From Callorhinchus milii (lineage: Eukaryota), in contig NW_024704743.1 in assembly GCF_018977255.1 (NCBI RefSeq), forward strand, positions 25,856,001 to 25,920,000: a stretch of 64,000 nucleotides of DNA, read 5' to 3'. The notes beneath the pieces were generated by a model, which saw nothing but the letters and a program-made list of their open reading frames with translations, did no database searches and was not told where the DNA came from. Every line of letters begins with the position of its first letter. Position 1 is the stretch's first letter. This document shows, in pieces, positions 24,338 through 37,105 of this stretch. The position numbers and the translations under genes were made by a program.

Positions 24338-27300
24338 TAGTACTGCTCATCCAGTATTAACGCAACAGAGAGTGGAAAAAAAGACATGTTGGTGTTAAAC
24401 CCTACGGATAGGTTGTGTGCATTACTGTGGCAGCTCGGATTAAGAAGGTACAAACCACTCCCATTCTTTATTCGCTAGTTAGACCAATATGCTTCCATAC
24501 TAAATCCACATGCCCTAAAGCTTATATAATGAATTACTTATACCATAAGTGCCATGCAAATTGACACACTGTAATTCTTTTATATATACACAATTTCTCA
24601 GCTGTATGTAGTGCAACAACGTTTCTCTAATGGTCTTTACTAACTGTTCACAGCGCTGAAGAACAATGTTTAGATGCCAATGTACAGGTGTCTAATAAAT
24701 ACTCTAGGAGTTTCACTCTGCATGCCGTGGAGAGGAAGACGCCGTTTGCATCACAACCACTTTGAATGGTAGCAACTTTGCAGCGATGCCACCTTTCAAA
24801 AACTTTCTAGACTTAATAACTAATAATACTTACATGTGGTATAAGCCTTTCAGGTTGGGAGGACATCCCAAAGAGCTTCACAAGATATACTGTAAAATGC
24901 AGTGACTGTTTCTTGTGCGAATGTGGCAGCCAATTCGCACACAGCAATGTCCCAAAAATAGCCATTGGAAACTGGACATCAGGATAATTGGCTAATTCAG
25001 CACTAGCTGAAAACAACTAAATGACAGGGTCATAATAACCAGCGAGTAGTAAGTCTGCCATGCATCATGTCTGCTTATTTTAAAGTAGCTCATTACAGCG
25101 ACAGCTTGTTTCCATTGCTCTATACAGTGGTACAGCCATGGATTTTTTTAAAAAAAAGCTTCTTGGGTGAATGCATAATTGAAAGCACATTACCATTCTC
25201 CTGAGCGATGTAATTAGGTATTAAATAAACATCAGCAATTACATGCATGAAGTCTTAACATACCCAAATACGTTTAATTTGACTTAATTAGTATTGAATG
25301 AGTATGAGCGGCAACTTTTACATTGAAGTTCAGTTTGAGTCAAAATAGAAAACTGATGCAACTAAGCCACATAACCTTTCAGGTCATCTAGTCAGTGGGC
25401 ATGTTCAGAGTGGTCGGTAACCAAATGTTATGGTACTTGGAGACATTGCCTGCACAATGTCTAGAAACACGTGCACACACATAAAACTAGACTCTGTTAT
25501 CTCAATTGTGATACTTGCAACCCAGATGTCACATTTATTGTATCTATCAGTTTGCAAAAATCATGGTCTGCCGATAGTAAACCGGCAGAGTACAACAAAT
25601 GCTTAACACAGTTAACACAACTAATCCAGTTTGCCAATATCACAAATTAGAGCCACAAATAAGCACTTGCAATACTTGGGAGCAATCAGTAACACTACTT
25701 TACCTGATGAACATCCTTACAACATCTTTCATTTATACAACACCCTTCGCGTGGAGTAATGTCCCAGAGGGCTTCCAATGATTAATAGCACAACATCGAG
25801 CAGCAATATTCCTTGGTCCAAAAAATTAATGCTTGCCCAAATACTAATTATGTGGTCTGGCACTTTGCTGAGAGCACCACTATTCTGAGACCACAATTTC
25901 TGAGAAAGATACATGTAGCCATGATTACTTTCACACTCTGCATTCCTGCAGACTTAATGGATTTAAATTTTTTATGGACAAGTCTACACTTAAACTCAAA
26001 AAAACCTTCATCAACAGGATTACTATTGTACAAAAATGTTCATCTGTCATTGGCCTATGTGGAGAGTTTCACTTATATTTTATTAGAATAATTTATATAA
26101 ACTGGCAAATTAGCCAACACTCTCAGGTGTGCTTCACGTAAAAAGCTATCTATGAAACAAATGTAATTAATTTGTCTTGGACAAGTCATTGATGGATTAT
26201 CAAAATCTCTCAGAGTTTGGCAAGTAAGGTAGCTGGACTGAAAACTATCTTGACAATGGAAAAATAGGAGGTGATGAATAAATGGAATGGAGTCTGTCAA
26301 GGAGGGCACTAATGGGTTTCTGCACAGGCCTTATTCTTTACACTATTTATAAACAATATGCAAGAGACTACCTCTAGTGTTACAACAGTTTCTTAAATCA
26401 CCTGGTCACATAGTTCAGTATCTAGAGTAAAGGACTTTGATGGCATTTCAGCACCTTGGGATGTCCTTCCGATGTGAAAGGCGTTATATAAATATATATA
26501 TGCAATTTTGTTATTATTGTATTTAAATAGAATTTGGAAAATTATATGATTGCCTAAGGAATAACAACTCCAGGTACAATTGCTAATTCAAAAACTTCCA
26601 CGGGCTCTAGAAATAAACTCAGATTTGGAGAGAGTTCAGAGAAGAGTGACGGGGCAGTTCTGGATCTAACATTATGTACAGAGTTGAAGAGCAAAATGTT
26701 GAACCAGGCAGAATCCTGAAGTCTGAAATTTCGCCTAGTCTTAGCCTGCAAGTCCATTTTGATTAAAAACATTAAGATCATGCAGAATTGTGGAAAATTC
26801 TTCAATTTAGTCTTAATTTGGCTGCCAGTTCTCAGCCGTTCTTGAAAGGAACAGTTTCAAGTTAAGATTGGATGTAAGAATTTTCCATAGTTCTGCTGGA
26901 TCTTAAATTGTAAGACAAAATGGTCTTTCAGTCAACGGCTAAGTGCTAGCTTGGGTCTCTCAGGTCTTTAAAATAATGAGGCATAGGCGACTTAGATACA
27001 AACAGGTTTTTAGATTGATTGAGAATGCAGAAAGCAGATACTAGTAGAAAATTGACAAGATTTTAAAATGTTTTGCTCTCCCTTGATCGTGTAACCATCA
27101 GCGGCTGAAGGTGATCTGCATAGGGTAGCTCCATATCATCTAGCCTATGCAAATACTTATAGCACTTCAAAGTCAAATGGACAATTATTACAAGAGTTTC
27201 AGAAGAAAAAAGGCTTAGATCCATTTGATCTCATTGGTTCAGAATACCCAACCCATCATCCCTCCATTACAGCATCAATTTCACCCCCAATAAAAAAAAA

Positions 27301-30142
27301 TCTTTATCAGGCAAATAAGAACCTCAACAAGTAATAAATTGAATATCAAAAAATTAGATCAATTTTGGCACCTTTAAAGACAACACAATGTTTGTTTCCT
27401 TTGGTTTACACCATTCTAAACAGTTGGGACTCCATTTCATTGATATCAGTCTGTTAAGGCCTGTGGTACTTGGTGTAAAAGCAAAATCTAGAATTGGAGC
27501 GCTCTTCCAACACAGAAAATGGATTTTAAAAAAAGTTACACTACTTTTTTCATAAAATATTTGTAATTCTAATTAACTTTTGTTCAACGTGGCTGTTTAT
27601 AAACGTGTTTATAAACATGTTTATAAACACATTGTGGCTGTTTATAAACAGCCACAACATGGATAATAATAAGAAGAAGAATCCTTGCATTTGATATAGT
27701 GTCTTATCACGTCTTGAAGACATCTCAAAGGGATAACTTCATTAGGTGTCAAGTAACAAGAAGATGCTTGGGTGAAAGTTCTTTGCCTTGTATGAAGCTC
27801 TGACATAACCTACAAATTTCCAATACACATTCTCGAAATAGTTCCAAGGAGTGTCATTATGGTAAAGTCAAACATAACCTCTCCAGTTCTTAATTGTATC
27901 ACAAGCCCAAATTAGAAATGGTGCAAGAGCTGTCACTCCTTTGTGAATATTGGTATAAAAAGATCCTGACTAACTCCTTATTATACATTGGTCTGATGCC
28001 CTAAAACTTACAGAAATATTTAGCCTTGAACATATACACAAGTACAATTTTTTTTATCATAACTCATTTATTCGTCCTCCGAAGAACCATAATTTTATTC
28101 CCTCTCAGTTTATAAAAGCTTAACTGCCAAGCACCAATGTTGTTATAACAAGATGGGACTATAAGCAGAGCTAAAGCACAAGTCTCAAAGAAAAGCAAAA
28201 ATGCATGACTACCTCAACAAACGATGGTTAAGCTGTGAGGGTGCGGAATAACCACCTCACTTTTTATATTAAAAAAGTCAGATCCTGATAGAAGGTACAT
28301 TTTTCTTAATGCTTGAATGTTTTAGGAAACAGTGGCTGTCACGTGGAAAAGTCTCAAAGAGCTTCACAGGTAATTGCTGTTTACACAGTGATTGTGTATT
28401 TGTATGCAAACTTGGAACCCAATGTCTATACAGCAATGTCCTACACAAAACCATGAAGCGAATGACCAACTTATCTAGGGAATTGTTTGCCAGGACATTA
28501 GGAGAAACTCCGTTCTCTTTTCAAATAGCGACACGGAAGCTTCAACAACTACCGATTTACCTTCTCAGCTGAAGGACAGCACTTCCGACACTTAAAGCAC
28601 CACGTTTGTACCGCACTCAAATCTCAGACTACCTGAGCTATGAATCTCAATATACAAGCAACGAGATTTTCTTCACCACCCTTGCAATCTCCCCTTCACC
28701 ATTTAATTTCCTCACAACTTTTTACAGTCAGTATCCTTTCCTCTGGTAAGATAATACAAGTTTCTGATCACAAACAATTCATAATGTGCTGACAGACAGA
28801 ACAAATCTATGTCTTCAATTTTTTTCTATTTAAGTTGTTGCACCAATAAATTTATTTCAAGGAAACTTTCATTTTTACATTTCAAAGGCTTTGTGCAACT
28901 TGTTTGAACTTATGGTTTTAGGTTTAAAATTTTTTTTTTAAATATCACATCAATTACATGAACCACACAATCCAGAAAACACAATCATCTTAGCTCCTTA
29001 AATCACAGATGAAATAGCACTTAAAAGGGAGTAAATTTATTGTACAACTCACAAGATCGATTCAGATGAAGAATGCCCATCCTACCATCTCTCCATCACA
29101 GCATCAAGTATTTAAAATAAATCCAGTGTCCTGGCCATAATACTCCAATCATTAATTATTTTCTGTTTAAAGAAAAACTTTCTAATATTTGTCCTTGAAA
29201 ACAAAACTCAATATTCTCAACATAAGAAATGATCGTACAGCATTTCAGTTTGCAGTCTGTAAGCATCACAACATTAAAATATTCATGCATACACAAATCA
29301 CCGTAAAGAAAACCCGCTTCCACTTATGTTTGCCAAATAACAGTAGCAGAATCGCAAAAAGCAAAGCAGTATGGCACTGGATAGTTGTTTGTGAGACATT
29401 GCTGTGCACAAATTGGCTGCTACGGATAGTAAATCCTGAGGTGCTTTGAAATGTCCTCCTGATGTAAAAGGCAATTTTTAAATGTAAATTGTTTTGAATC
29501 TGAAGACAAGCTGAAGACTCCCCTCACCAGGCCCCTTAACACGCTCTTCAAAAGCTTCAGGTTATACAGAACCCCACAGCACACATTCTCTCCAGCACTA
29601 GGTATTGCTTGCTTATTATCGCCATCCGCACAAGGCTCTATTGCTGTCCTGTTCTACAGATCAATTTTTAGATCCTCATTCTGATACTCAAATCCATTTA
29701 GGTTCCACCTTACTTTAGCAATCTCCTCCAGCCGTTTGTCCCTGCCTATACCCTCTGCTGCTCCAACTCTGATCTACTGCTCACTCTTCATTCCCTCCAT
29801 CTCACCTCAGTTGTCAAGTCTTCAGTCAACATTTTCCAACTCTTTGGAACTATCTCCCTAAATTCAAAACCCTGCTATTTTTAAAAAAAAATTTGCCCAT
29901 GTTTTGATTAACATTCTCAAATTTCTTTCCTCACTGCTCGATGGTCTTCATTGTGATGTCCTCCCGACGTGAAAGGTGCTATACAAACACTGTGTATATA
30001 AACAGTTTTGAGATCGTCATCCTATATGAAAGGTGCTATACAAGTGCAGATTGTATTGAAGACATTCAAAACAGTCAGTGTCTCATAGTCCATAACTCAA
30101 ATCTTCAGCACAAGTTAGCAATTTTATACAGTGAGTAGGATA

Positions 30143-30405
30143 ATATTAATAATCCTGCATTTGATATAACACCTCATCACGTCTTTGAGACGTCTCAAAG
30201 AGCTTCACGAATATACTGTAAAGTGACTGAATATTTTGCGGGCAAAACGCGGCAGCCAATTGCGCAAAGCAGCCGTGGATTGAAGTGACCAATTTACTAT
30301 TTTTTTGAAGGAATTATTACCCCCAGAAAGCAATCCGCCAATCGACTAACAACCGGGTACTTACTCACTGCTCGGTAAACAGAGGCGTGTGCTATGGGGC
30401 AGAGT
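30143..30405 (-). mobile_element. SINE family A, long form, lacking the head
   Basis: Homologous to 40607-40809 and 45690-45900. Confidence 0.85.
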
Positions 30406-30799
30406 CAATGGTCTCTGTCTACCTGGGAGTACTCAATACTGAAGCTCGGTACAAAAGTACGGAAAATGTTACATTCCCCAGTACTGACAATATCAAGTGA
30501 GATATGATATCGTGGACTGGATCTCAAAAACAACAAATCTGAGTCGACACCATATGTGAAAATATTTACTACATTGTCACTACAATTGCTACATTGTTAC
30601 GACAACAGTTGGCACTCCTTTTACACACTTCACATATAAAAAAAANTCACATGCGTTCAATTTACTTCATCACAAGTAAGGAGACAGTCATAGGAACACA
30701 ACATCAAAATACTCTGCTCATCAATCAAGTGATCAAAAGCACCTATTTACATAACAAATAAACGTTGTTATTTGCACCCACCATTTTCAGAACATAAAT

Positions 30800-31043
30800 G
30801 CGGAGGAATTCCACTTGGGTCTCGATTTATTCTATTCTCTTAGCATTTCAGAGCATTCAGAATTTGGCACATTCTTAAATTCAACCTTAATTTTGAAGTC
30901 TGCTTTCTGTAGGTTCGTTTAAGAACCAAAATGATTTCAAAATGATTACAGAATTCAACAACTTGCCAAATTCTTGACATTCTAAAAATCTAAAATGCTA
31001 CAAAAATAAGAGCAAAACTAGACCCAGGTGAAATTATTCCCCC
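30800..31043. mobile_element. MITE-like element, second copy in opposite orientation
   Basis: gaattccacttgggtctcg..cagaatttggca / tgccaaattct..ctagacccaggtgaaatt. Confidence 0.65.
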
Positions 31044-31864
31044 AATACTATTGGTACATCCATCATTTGCATATTAACAGTAAAATAATTTAACAGAAAC
31101 AGACTACACATGATAACTCCCAAGGTCATTCACGTCCATCACATAGACTGAAAAAAGGACCAGTTAACAGAGGTGAAAAGCAAACCCACTCGGTGAAGCC
31201 AGGAAAAGACCCACCAAGAGGTTCATTCATTCCGCTTCTCTGGCATGTGGGTTGAGTAAAGCTAAGCAGTGTGCGCGTGTGTGTGTCTGGGGGAGGGAAA
31301 GATAGTGTGGGACCCTTTTGAAAGATGAAGCTGGGACTGAAATTCAGTGATACTGTACAGATGTTGCGTGTGGATTGCCATCACCACAAAATGAGCACGA
31401 GATTTTGTGAAATGCCACCCAAAGAGACAAGGAAGTTGACAAGGAAGGAAGCTGCATGCAAAAGCAACAGTGTGTGACAGAAAAGTTGGTTTCAATGGTC
31501 AACAGCTTTTCCTTGTTTCGCCCACAAAACACACAATTAATCCACTTTACAAGTTATGAGTCCTGGCCAACAACCCCTCACTAAAATTGGTCATTCACTT
31601 TATGGCTGTTTGTGGGACATTGCTGTGTGCATATTAAACAAGTGTGTGCAACCCTGTGAAGCGCTTTGATACGTCCTTCTGACATGAAAGGCGCCATATC
31701 AAATGTAAGGTTTAAGGATTAACAGGAAGAGTAGAAAAGCATTGGATGGGGGTGTGGAAGAAAGTCTCAAGGAACAGCATTTACAAATAAAGCAGGAATG
31801 GGCAATATGGAATTACTAAACTCAACTATCCTCTGAATATTACTCAGTGAGTCAATGGTAAGAT

Positions 31865-32390
31865 ACCTTGCATTTATCTGTACTGAACTTCATATGCTGT
31901 TATCAGCCCAATTTGCATATCCTGTCAAGGTCTCTTTGTAAGATCCTTGCTGCCCCCACAGTTCCCCAGCTTGGTGTCGTTTCCAAACTTAACCATCTTA
32001 CATTGAGTCTGTGTATCCAGGCCATTAATATAAACAAGCAATGGGAACTGTTCCAGGACCTTGGGACATCCTCCGGACGTGACAAATGCTATACAAATGT
32101 AATTTTTGTTTGTTTGTCTCAATCCAGACCCCTGAAGCATCCCCTATTTTGATCTCGCTTGACTAATGGCTTTGCTTCCGTCCTTTTAGATAATTTTGAA
32201 TCTATGTTCACGTATTGCCCTTGATATCTGATGACATCAATTTGTGAAGGAGTCTTTCATGTGGTACTTTGCCAAATGCCTTTTGGAAGTCTACGTCATA
32301 TGATTTCCCAGTTAAATTAAGTTGTCAGCTCCTCCTATGAGGTGGGTCAGACAAGATCTGCATCCCTTCTGAACCTGTGCCAACTGTCAC
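31865..32390 (-). mobile_element. Degenerate CR1 RT fragment interrupted by a short L2 tail (about 32057-32115)
   Basis: LLVYINGLD..VKFGNDTKLG (decayed KFADDTKLG), ILQRDLDR, DFQKAF-like gacttccaaaaggcattt. Confidence 0.75.
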
Positions 32391-33369
32391 AGCTGAAACA
32401 CTCCAGACATCCTATGCACTGATCAATACAATACACATTTATATAACGTCTTTCGTGTCAGGAGGACGTCTTAAACCACTTGACACTGCTGGTTGGGTAG
32501 AGATCAGTTACCAATAAAATAGAATTCTAGAAACAAAACAGAGGGGGAAACAATTTAATAGCAATAACCTGCTGCTTAGGATCTGCTGGATTGTGGTTTG
32601 CTACCCAAGTGTGCCTCAGTTCTACACTGTAGGAGTGTGTGTGTCTGCTGTGTGCTTGAAGTACTGGCAGAGAGGTAATTAGTCTACAAGGGGGCTGCAA
32701 AGTGTCCTTTGGATTAGCTCAAAGCACTTTCATGAACAAAGCACTTTCATGAACAGAAGCATTCCTAAACTACTTCCACAAGACTATTTTTTTAAAAAAA
32801 ATTCCAGCACCACTTTCATCCAACCCTGCTGCACATTCTCACCGGGTTTAAGCGAGCTCTCAGTGGGCGGTTGTAAAACCAGGACAGAAAATAACACAAT
32901 CTCTGGGAAGCACCTGTTCAGTCCATCTCCACAACCACATGGGCCGAGACTGGGAACTCACTGGGAAGTGTGTGTGTATGTGTAAGGGGGGGTAGATGCA
33001 CTGATACATAAGACAGAGCGTAGCAGCTCTGACCTTCTGATCTAGGGTGACACTGCTTTAAGTCTTGAACATTTTTTGTTTAAACTAAAGGAAGCCCATG
33101 ATTACTTTTAAACACGTAAGGGGGGAGAGAGAGAGAGAGAGAGAGACACTAGCTTCTCACAATCCGGCTTCTTCGAACTGTGCAACACCGTTTTTAATAA
33201 GAAATGCTACACTGTGTGTGTATATATATATATATATATAGGGAGAGAGAGAGATTGCAAGAACTTGGGGAGTGGATGCAAGTCTCTTGTTGACCAACAG
33301 GGAGGGAATGGCTTTCGTTTGCTGTTGTGTTTGACCAGAGTTGGAAACCTATCACAGGAGAGAGAGAAA

Positions 33370-33625
33370 GAGGAGATCAAAGCCAACAACACAGACAGAC
33401 AGACTCAGCTTCCCATTCTGAAGGCAGAATGCCTTGCACAAGAACAGCTTTGATCAGAGTTTAGAGAGAGAGAGAGAGAGAGAGAGGGGGAAAGAGGGCA
33501 AGGGTTTGGTGGAACAACCCAAAGTCATCCCATCTCAAGGCGTCTCCTCTCCACAACCCTGATTGTAATTTAAGGGGATCAAAGAGAGCGAGAGAGTGGG
33601 CGATTTGGTCAACTCAAAAGGGAAT
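33370..33625. promoter_or_regulatory. Intronic TCF/LEF motif cluster
   Basis: ATCAAAG 33376-33382, CTTTGAT 33448-33454 and ATCAAAG 33578-33584 within about 210 bp, about 1.4 kb into intron 3. Confidence 0.5.
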
Positions 33626-33954
33626 CAATCCCCACCAGTTTTTTTTCCCTAGCTCTCTGTAACAGGCTGCCAGGGGAAGACACTTTACAGGCAGATTTAA
33701 AGACATACGGTTATATGCAGGTACATCCTCTGCTCGGGGATTGCGGAGAATAATATCCCCCCAAAAAAGTGTGCCTGTGGAGGAGGAGGAGAAATAAACC
33801 ACAGCAGTGGATGTGCTAAAGCTACTGTTTACTGCTGTATGTTAGTATCTCATGCATCCCAGAAGCTGTGGTCTCTGCTCAGCCTGGGAGCTGTGTGGCT
33901 ATGGTGTGGTCAGTGATGTGCACTGTACAGTGATGTGCAGCTGAGCTCTTATCA

Positions 33955-34971
33955 ACACACACACACAGAGACACACACACACACACACACACAGACACAC
34001 ACACACACACACACACAGAGACACACACACACACACACAGAGACACACACACACACACAGAGACACACACACAGATACAGAGACACACACACAGAGACAC
34101 ACACACAGACACACACACACACACACACAGAGACACACACACACACACAGACACACACACACACAGAGACACACACACACACAGAGATACAGACACACAC
34201 ACACACACACACACAGAGACACACACACAGACACACACAAAGATATACACACAGAGACACACACACACACACACAGAGACACAGAGAGACACACATACAG
34301 ACACACAGAGACACACACACGCAGAGATACACACAAAGACACACACATACAGACACACACACAGACATAGACATACAGAGACACAGAGACACACGGACAG
34401 ACACACACACACAGAGACACAGACACACACACACACAGAGACACAGACACACACACACACACAGACACACACACACAGACACACACACACAGAGACACAC
34501 ACACACACACAGAGACACAGACACACACACACACAGAGACACACACACACAGAGACACACACACAGAGACACAGACACACACACACACACAGAGACACAC
34601 ACACAGACACACACACACAGAGACAGACACAGAGACACACACACACAGACACACACACACACACAGACACACACAGACACAGACACACACACAGACACAC
34701 ACACACAGACACAGAGACACACACAGACACACAGACAGACACAGACACAGAGACACACAGACACACACACAGAGACACAGACAGACACACACACACACAC
34801 AGACACACAGACACACACACAGAGACACACACAGAGACACACACACACACAGACACACACACACACAGAGACACACAGACAGACACAGAGACACACAGAC
34901 ACACACACAGAGACACAGACAGACACACACACACAGAGACACAGACACACACAGACACACACAGACACAGA
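33955..34971. repeat. Compound (CA)n/CAGA microsatellite, about 1 kb
   Basis: Continuous acacac/acagag/acagac repeats directly visible. Confidence 0.97.
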
Positions 34972-35013
34972 CCCGGGGTGGGTGCGGGGAGTGCGGTGCA
35001 GCCCTTTACTCAC

Positions 35014-35156
35014 TGTGGTGGAGAAGCGTCGGTATCCGCGCAGTTTCGGCTGCTCCACACCGCCGCCACCGCCGCCACCACCACCGGCCACTCGCTGCCG
35101 CTCAAACTCCTCCAAACCTCGGCGGCTCAGGTAGGCATTGACCACAAAGCTGTCTC
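35014..35156 (-). CDS. NKD2: NKD2-like coding exon 3 (GDSFVVNAYLSRRGLEEFERQRVAG9VEQPKLRGYRRFSTT)
   Basis: Acceptor TGTATTTTCAG|GAGACAGC, donor ACA|GTGAGT, 143 nt ending in phase 0. GDSFVVNA continues the Nkd N-terminal motif. The exon is a CpG-rich island of unique sequence between simple repeats. Confidence 0.9.
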
Positions 35157-35169
35157 CTGAAAATACAGC

Positions 35170-36158
35170 ACAGACACACGGGGGGAGAGAGAGAGAGAGA
35201 GAGACACGGGGGGAGAGAGAGAGAGAGACAGCCGGGGGGAGAGAGAGAGAGAGACACGGGGGGAGAGAGAGAGACACGGGGGAGAGAGAGAGAGAGAGAG
35301 ACAGCCGGGGGGAGAGAGAGAGAGAGAGACAGCCGGGGGGAGAGAGAGAGAGAGAGAGACAGCCGGGGGGAGAGAGAGAGAGAGAGAGACACGGGGGGAG
35401 AGAGAGAGAGAGAGACACGGGGGGAGAGAGAGAGACACGGGGGGAGAGAGACACGGGGGGAGAGAGACACGGGGGGAGAGAGACACGGGGGGAGAGAGAG
35501 AGAGACACGGGGGGAGAGAGAGAGAGAGAGAGACACGGGGGAGAGAGAGAGAGAGACACGGGGGGAGAGAGAGACACGGGGGGAGAGAGACACGGGGGGA
35601 GAGAGACACGGGGATAGAGAGAGACACGGGGGGAGAGAGAGAGAGACACGGGGGGAGAGAGACACGGGGGGAGAGACACACAGACAGACACAGACACACA
35701 GACAGACACACAGACAGAGACACACAGACACACAGACAGAGACACAGACAGAGATACAGTCAGACACAGACACACAGACAGAGACACAGACAGAGACACA
35801 CAGACACACAGACAGAGACACAGACAGAGATACAGTCAGACACAGACACACAGACAGAGACACAGACAGAGACACAGACAGAGACACAGACAGAGACACA
35901 GACACACAGGCACAGACACACAGGCACAGACACACAGAGCCACAGACACACAGAGCCACAGACAGAGCCACAGGCACAGAGACAGAGACACAGACAGACA
36001 GAGCCACAGACACAGACAGACAGAGCCACAGACACAGACAGAGCCACAGACAGAGCCACAGACACAGACAGAGCCACAGACAGAGCCACAGACACAGACA
36101 GAGACAGAGACACAGACAGAGACAGAGCCACAGACAGAGACAGAGACACAGACAGAGA
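35170..36158. repeat. Compound simple repeat: ACACG6(AG)n units (to about 35675), then CAGA/CACAGA/GAGCCACAGA units
   Basis: Directly visible tandem units such as gacacggggggagagagaga and gacagagccaca. Confidence 0.97.
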
Positions 36159-36509
36159 GGGAAGGAAAAACACCGCATTAGCAATCTGAAGACACAACAC
36201 ATCGTGTCAATGACAGACAGAAGCGATGAAACACCATATACTGTACTTTCCGAGAAGAAATTGTGCTTTAAAACGGAATTGCTAAGAATTTAGATTCTTT
36301 CCCCAAAAAACCCCACTCTGCCCCCCCCCACCCCCACCCCACACCCCCACACCCCCACCCCTCACACCCCCACCCCTCACACCCCTCAAGTTCTCATTCA
36401 CTTTTGCATTCACTTTTATCATTGCATAAAACAAAACAACAACAACAACCCCCACCCCCCCCAAAAGAAATCAGCAAAGAAACTGGTTCAGTTTCAATAT
36501 AAATCTCAC

Positions 36510-36539
36510 CTTCTGGATTCTCTCGTCGTTTGCAAGCTG
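36510..36539 (-). CDS. NKD2: NKD2-like coding exon 2 ((A)ACKRRENPE + 1 nt), micro-exon of 30 or 27 nt
   Basis: Minus strand ...AACTTAG|CAG|CTTGCAAACGACGAGAGAATCCAGAAG|GTGAGA. Phase is compatible with exons 1 and 3, and it encodes the conserved Nkd CKRRExPEG motif. Confidence 0.9.
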
Positions 36540-36829
36540 CTAAGTTGTCACAATCCGTCCATTAAAATACAATTGGGGGGAGAAACATAAACACACACAA
36601 AGTTAGAAGGAAATTCCAAGCATTGTTTATTTGCCCTAAAAATAAAAAATGCAAAATATTTTTTTACAATTCAAATTGCACATTCAAAAAAAAATTGCAA
36701 AATGCAAATAAAAATACCAAAAAAAAAAAGCCCAGTGCAGATCTGAAAGACCCCACGTGTGTGCAACTATTTTTTTTGGTGGTGGGGGTGGAGGGGGGTG
36801 GAGAGGGGGGGTAACGTTTATTTTCCTAC

Positions 36830-36854
36830 CATGTTTTGACTGAAACTTGCCCAT
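36830..36854 (-). CDS. NKD2: Naked cuticle homolog (NKD2-like), coding exon 1 (MGKFQSKH + 1 nt)
   Basis: Minus strand reads AAAGAA-ATG GGC AAG TTT CAG TCA AAA CAT G|GTAGGA: strong Kozak context, GT donor, 25 coding nt. MGKxxS is the N-myristoylation start typical of vertebrate Nkd proteins. Paralog assignment (NKD2 vs NKD1/NKD3) is from recalled similarity. Confidence 0.9.
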
Positions 36855-36878
36855 TTCTTTTTGGTTTCGCAGCTGCTA

Positions 36879-36914
36879 CTATTCCCTCATCCGCCTCCAC
36901 GCCGAGAAAAGCAT
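36879..36914 (-). promoter_or_regulatory. Candidate upstream ORF (MLFSAWRRMRE*) in the NKD 5' leader
   Basis: ATG at 36914 and TAG ending at 36879, 24 nt before the NKD ATG. Relevant only if the transcript starts upstream of 36914. Confidence 0.45.
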
Positions 36915-37105
36915 TTGGGAAGTGTGTGTGTGAGTGAGTGTGTGTGTGTGTGTGTGGATTTTTTTTGAGTGGTGGTGGTGGGGGGGGTGGGGGTGTGGGA
37001 AAAAAAAGTAGGATTCCTCCCCCTCCCGGAGAGAAAGCAAAAAAAAATCAGACGAAAAAGAGAGAGAGAGAGAGAGGAGAGAGACAGGCACAGAAGAGGT
37101 TGGGT

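Noticed and set aside
10998..30646. Single N bases at 10998, 23314 and 30646
   Set aside because: Each sits at the end of a homopolymer run; consensus ambiguity, not biology.
1..33950. NKD exon 4 and later exons (EF-hand region, EWxFTLYDFDN)
   Set aside because: Not recognised by eye or in the ORF track. They probably lie beyond the left edge, though a short exon 4 could have been missed; TBLASTN or spliced alignment would decide.
33879..36202. Long ORFs (350-615 aa) rich in VC/SL/HT dipeptides
   Set aside because: Translations of stop-free microsatellites. Only the 143-nt NKD exon 3 inside them is credible coding sequence.
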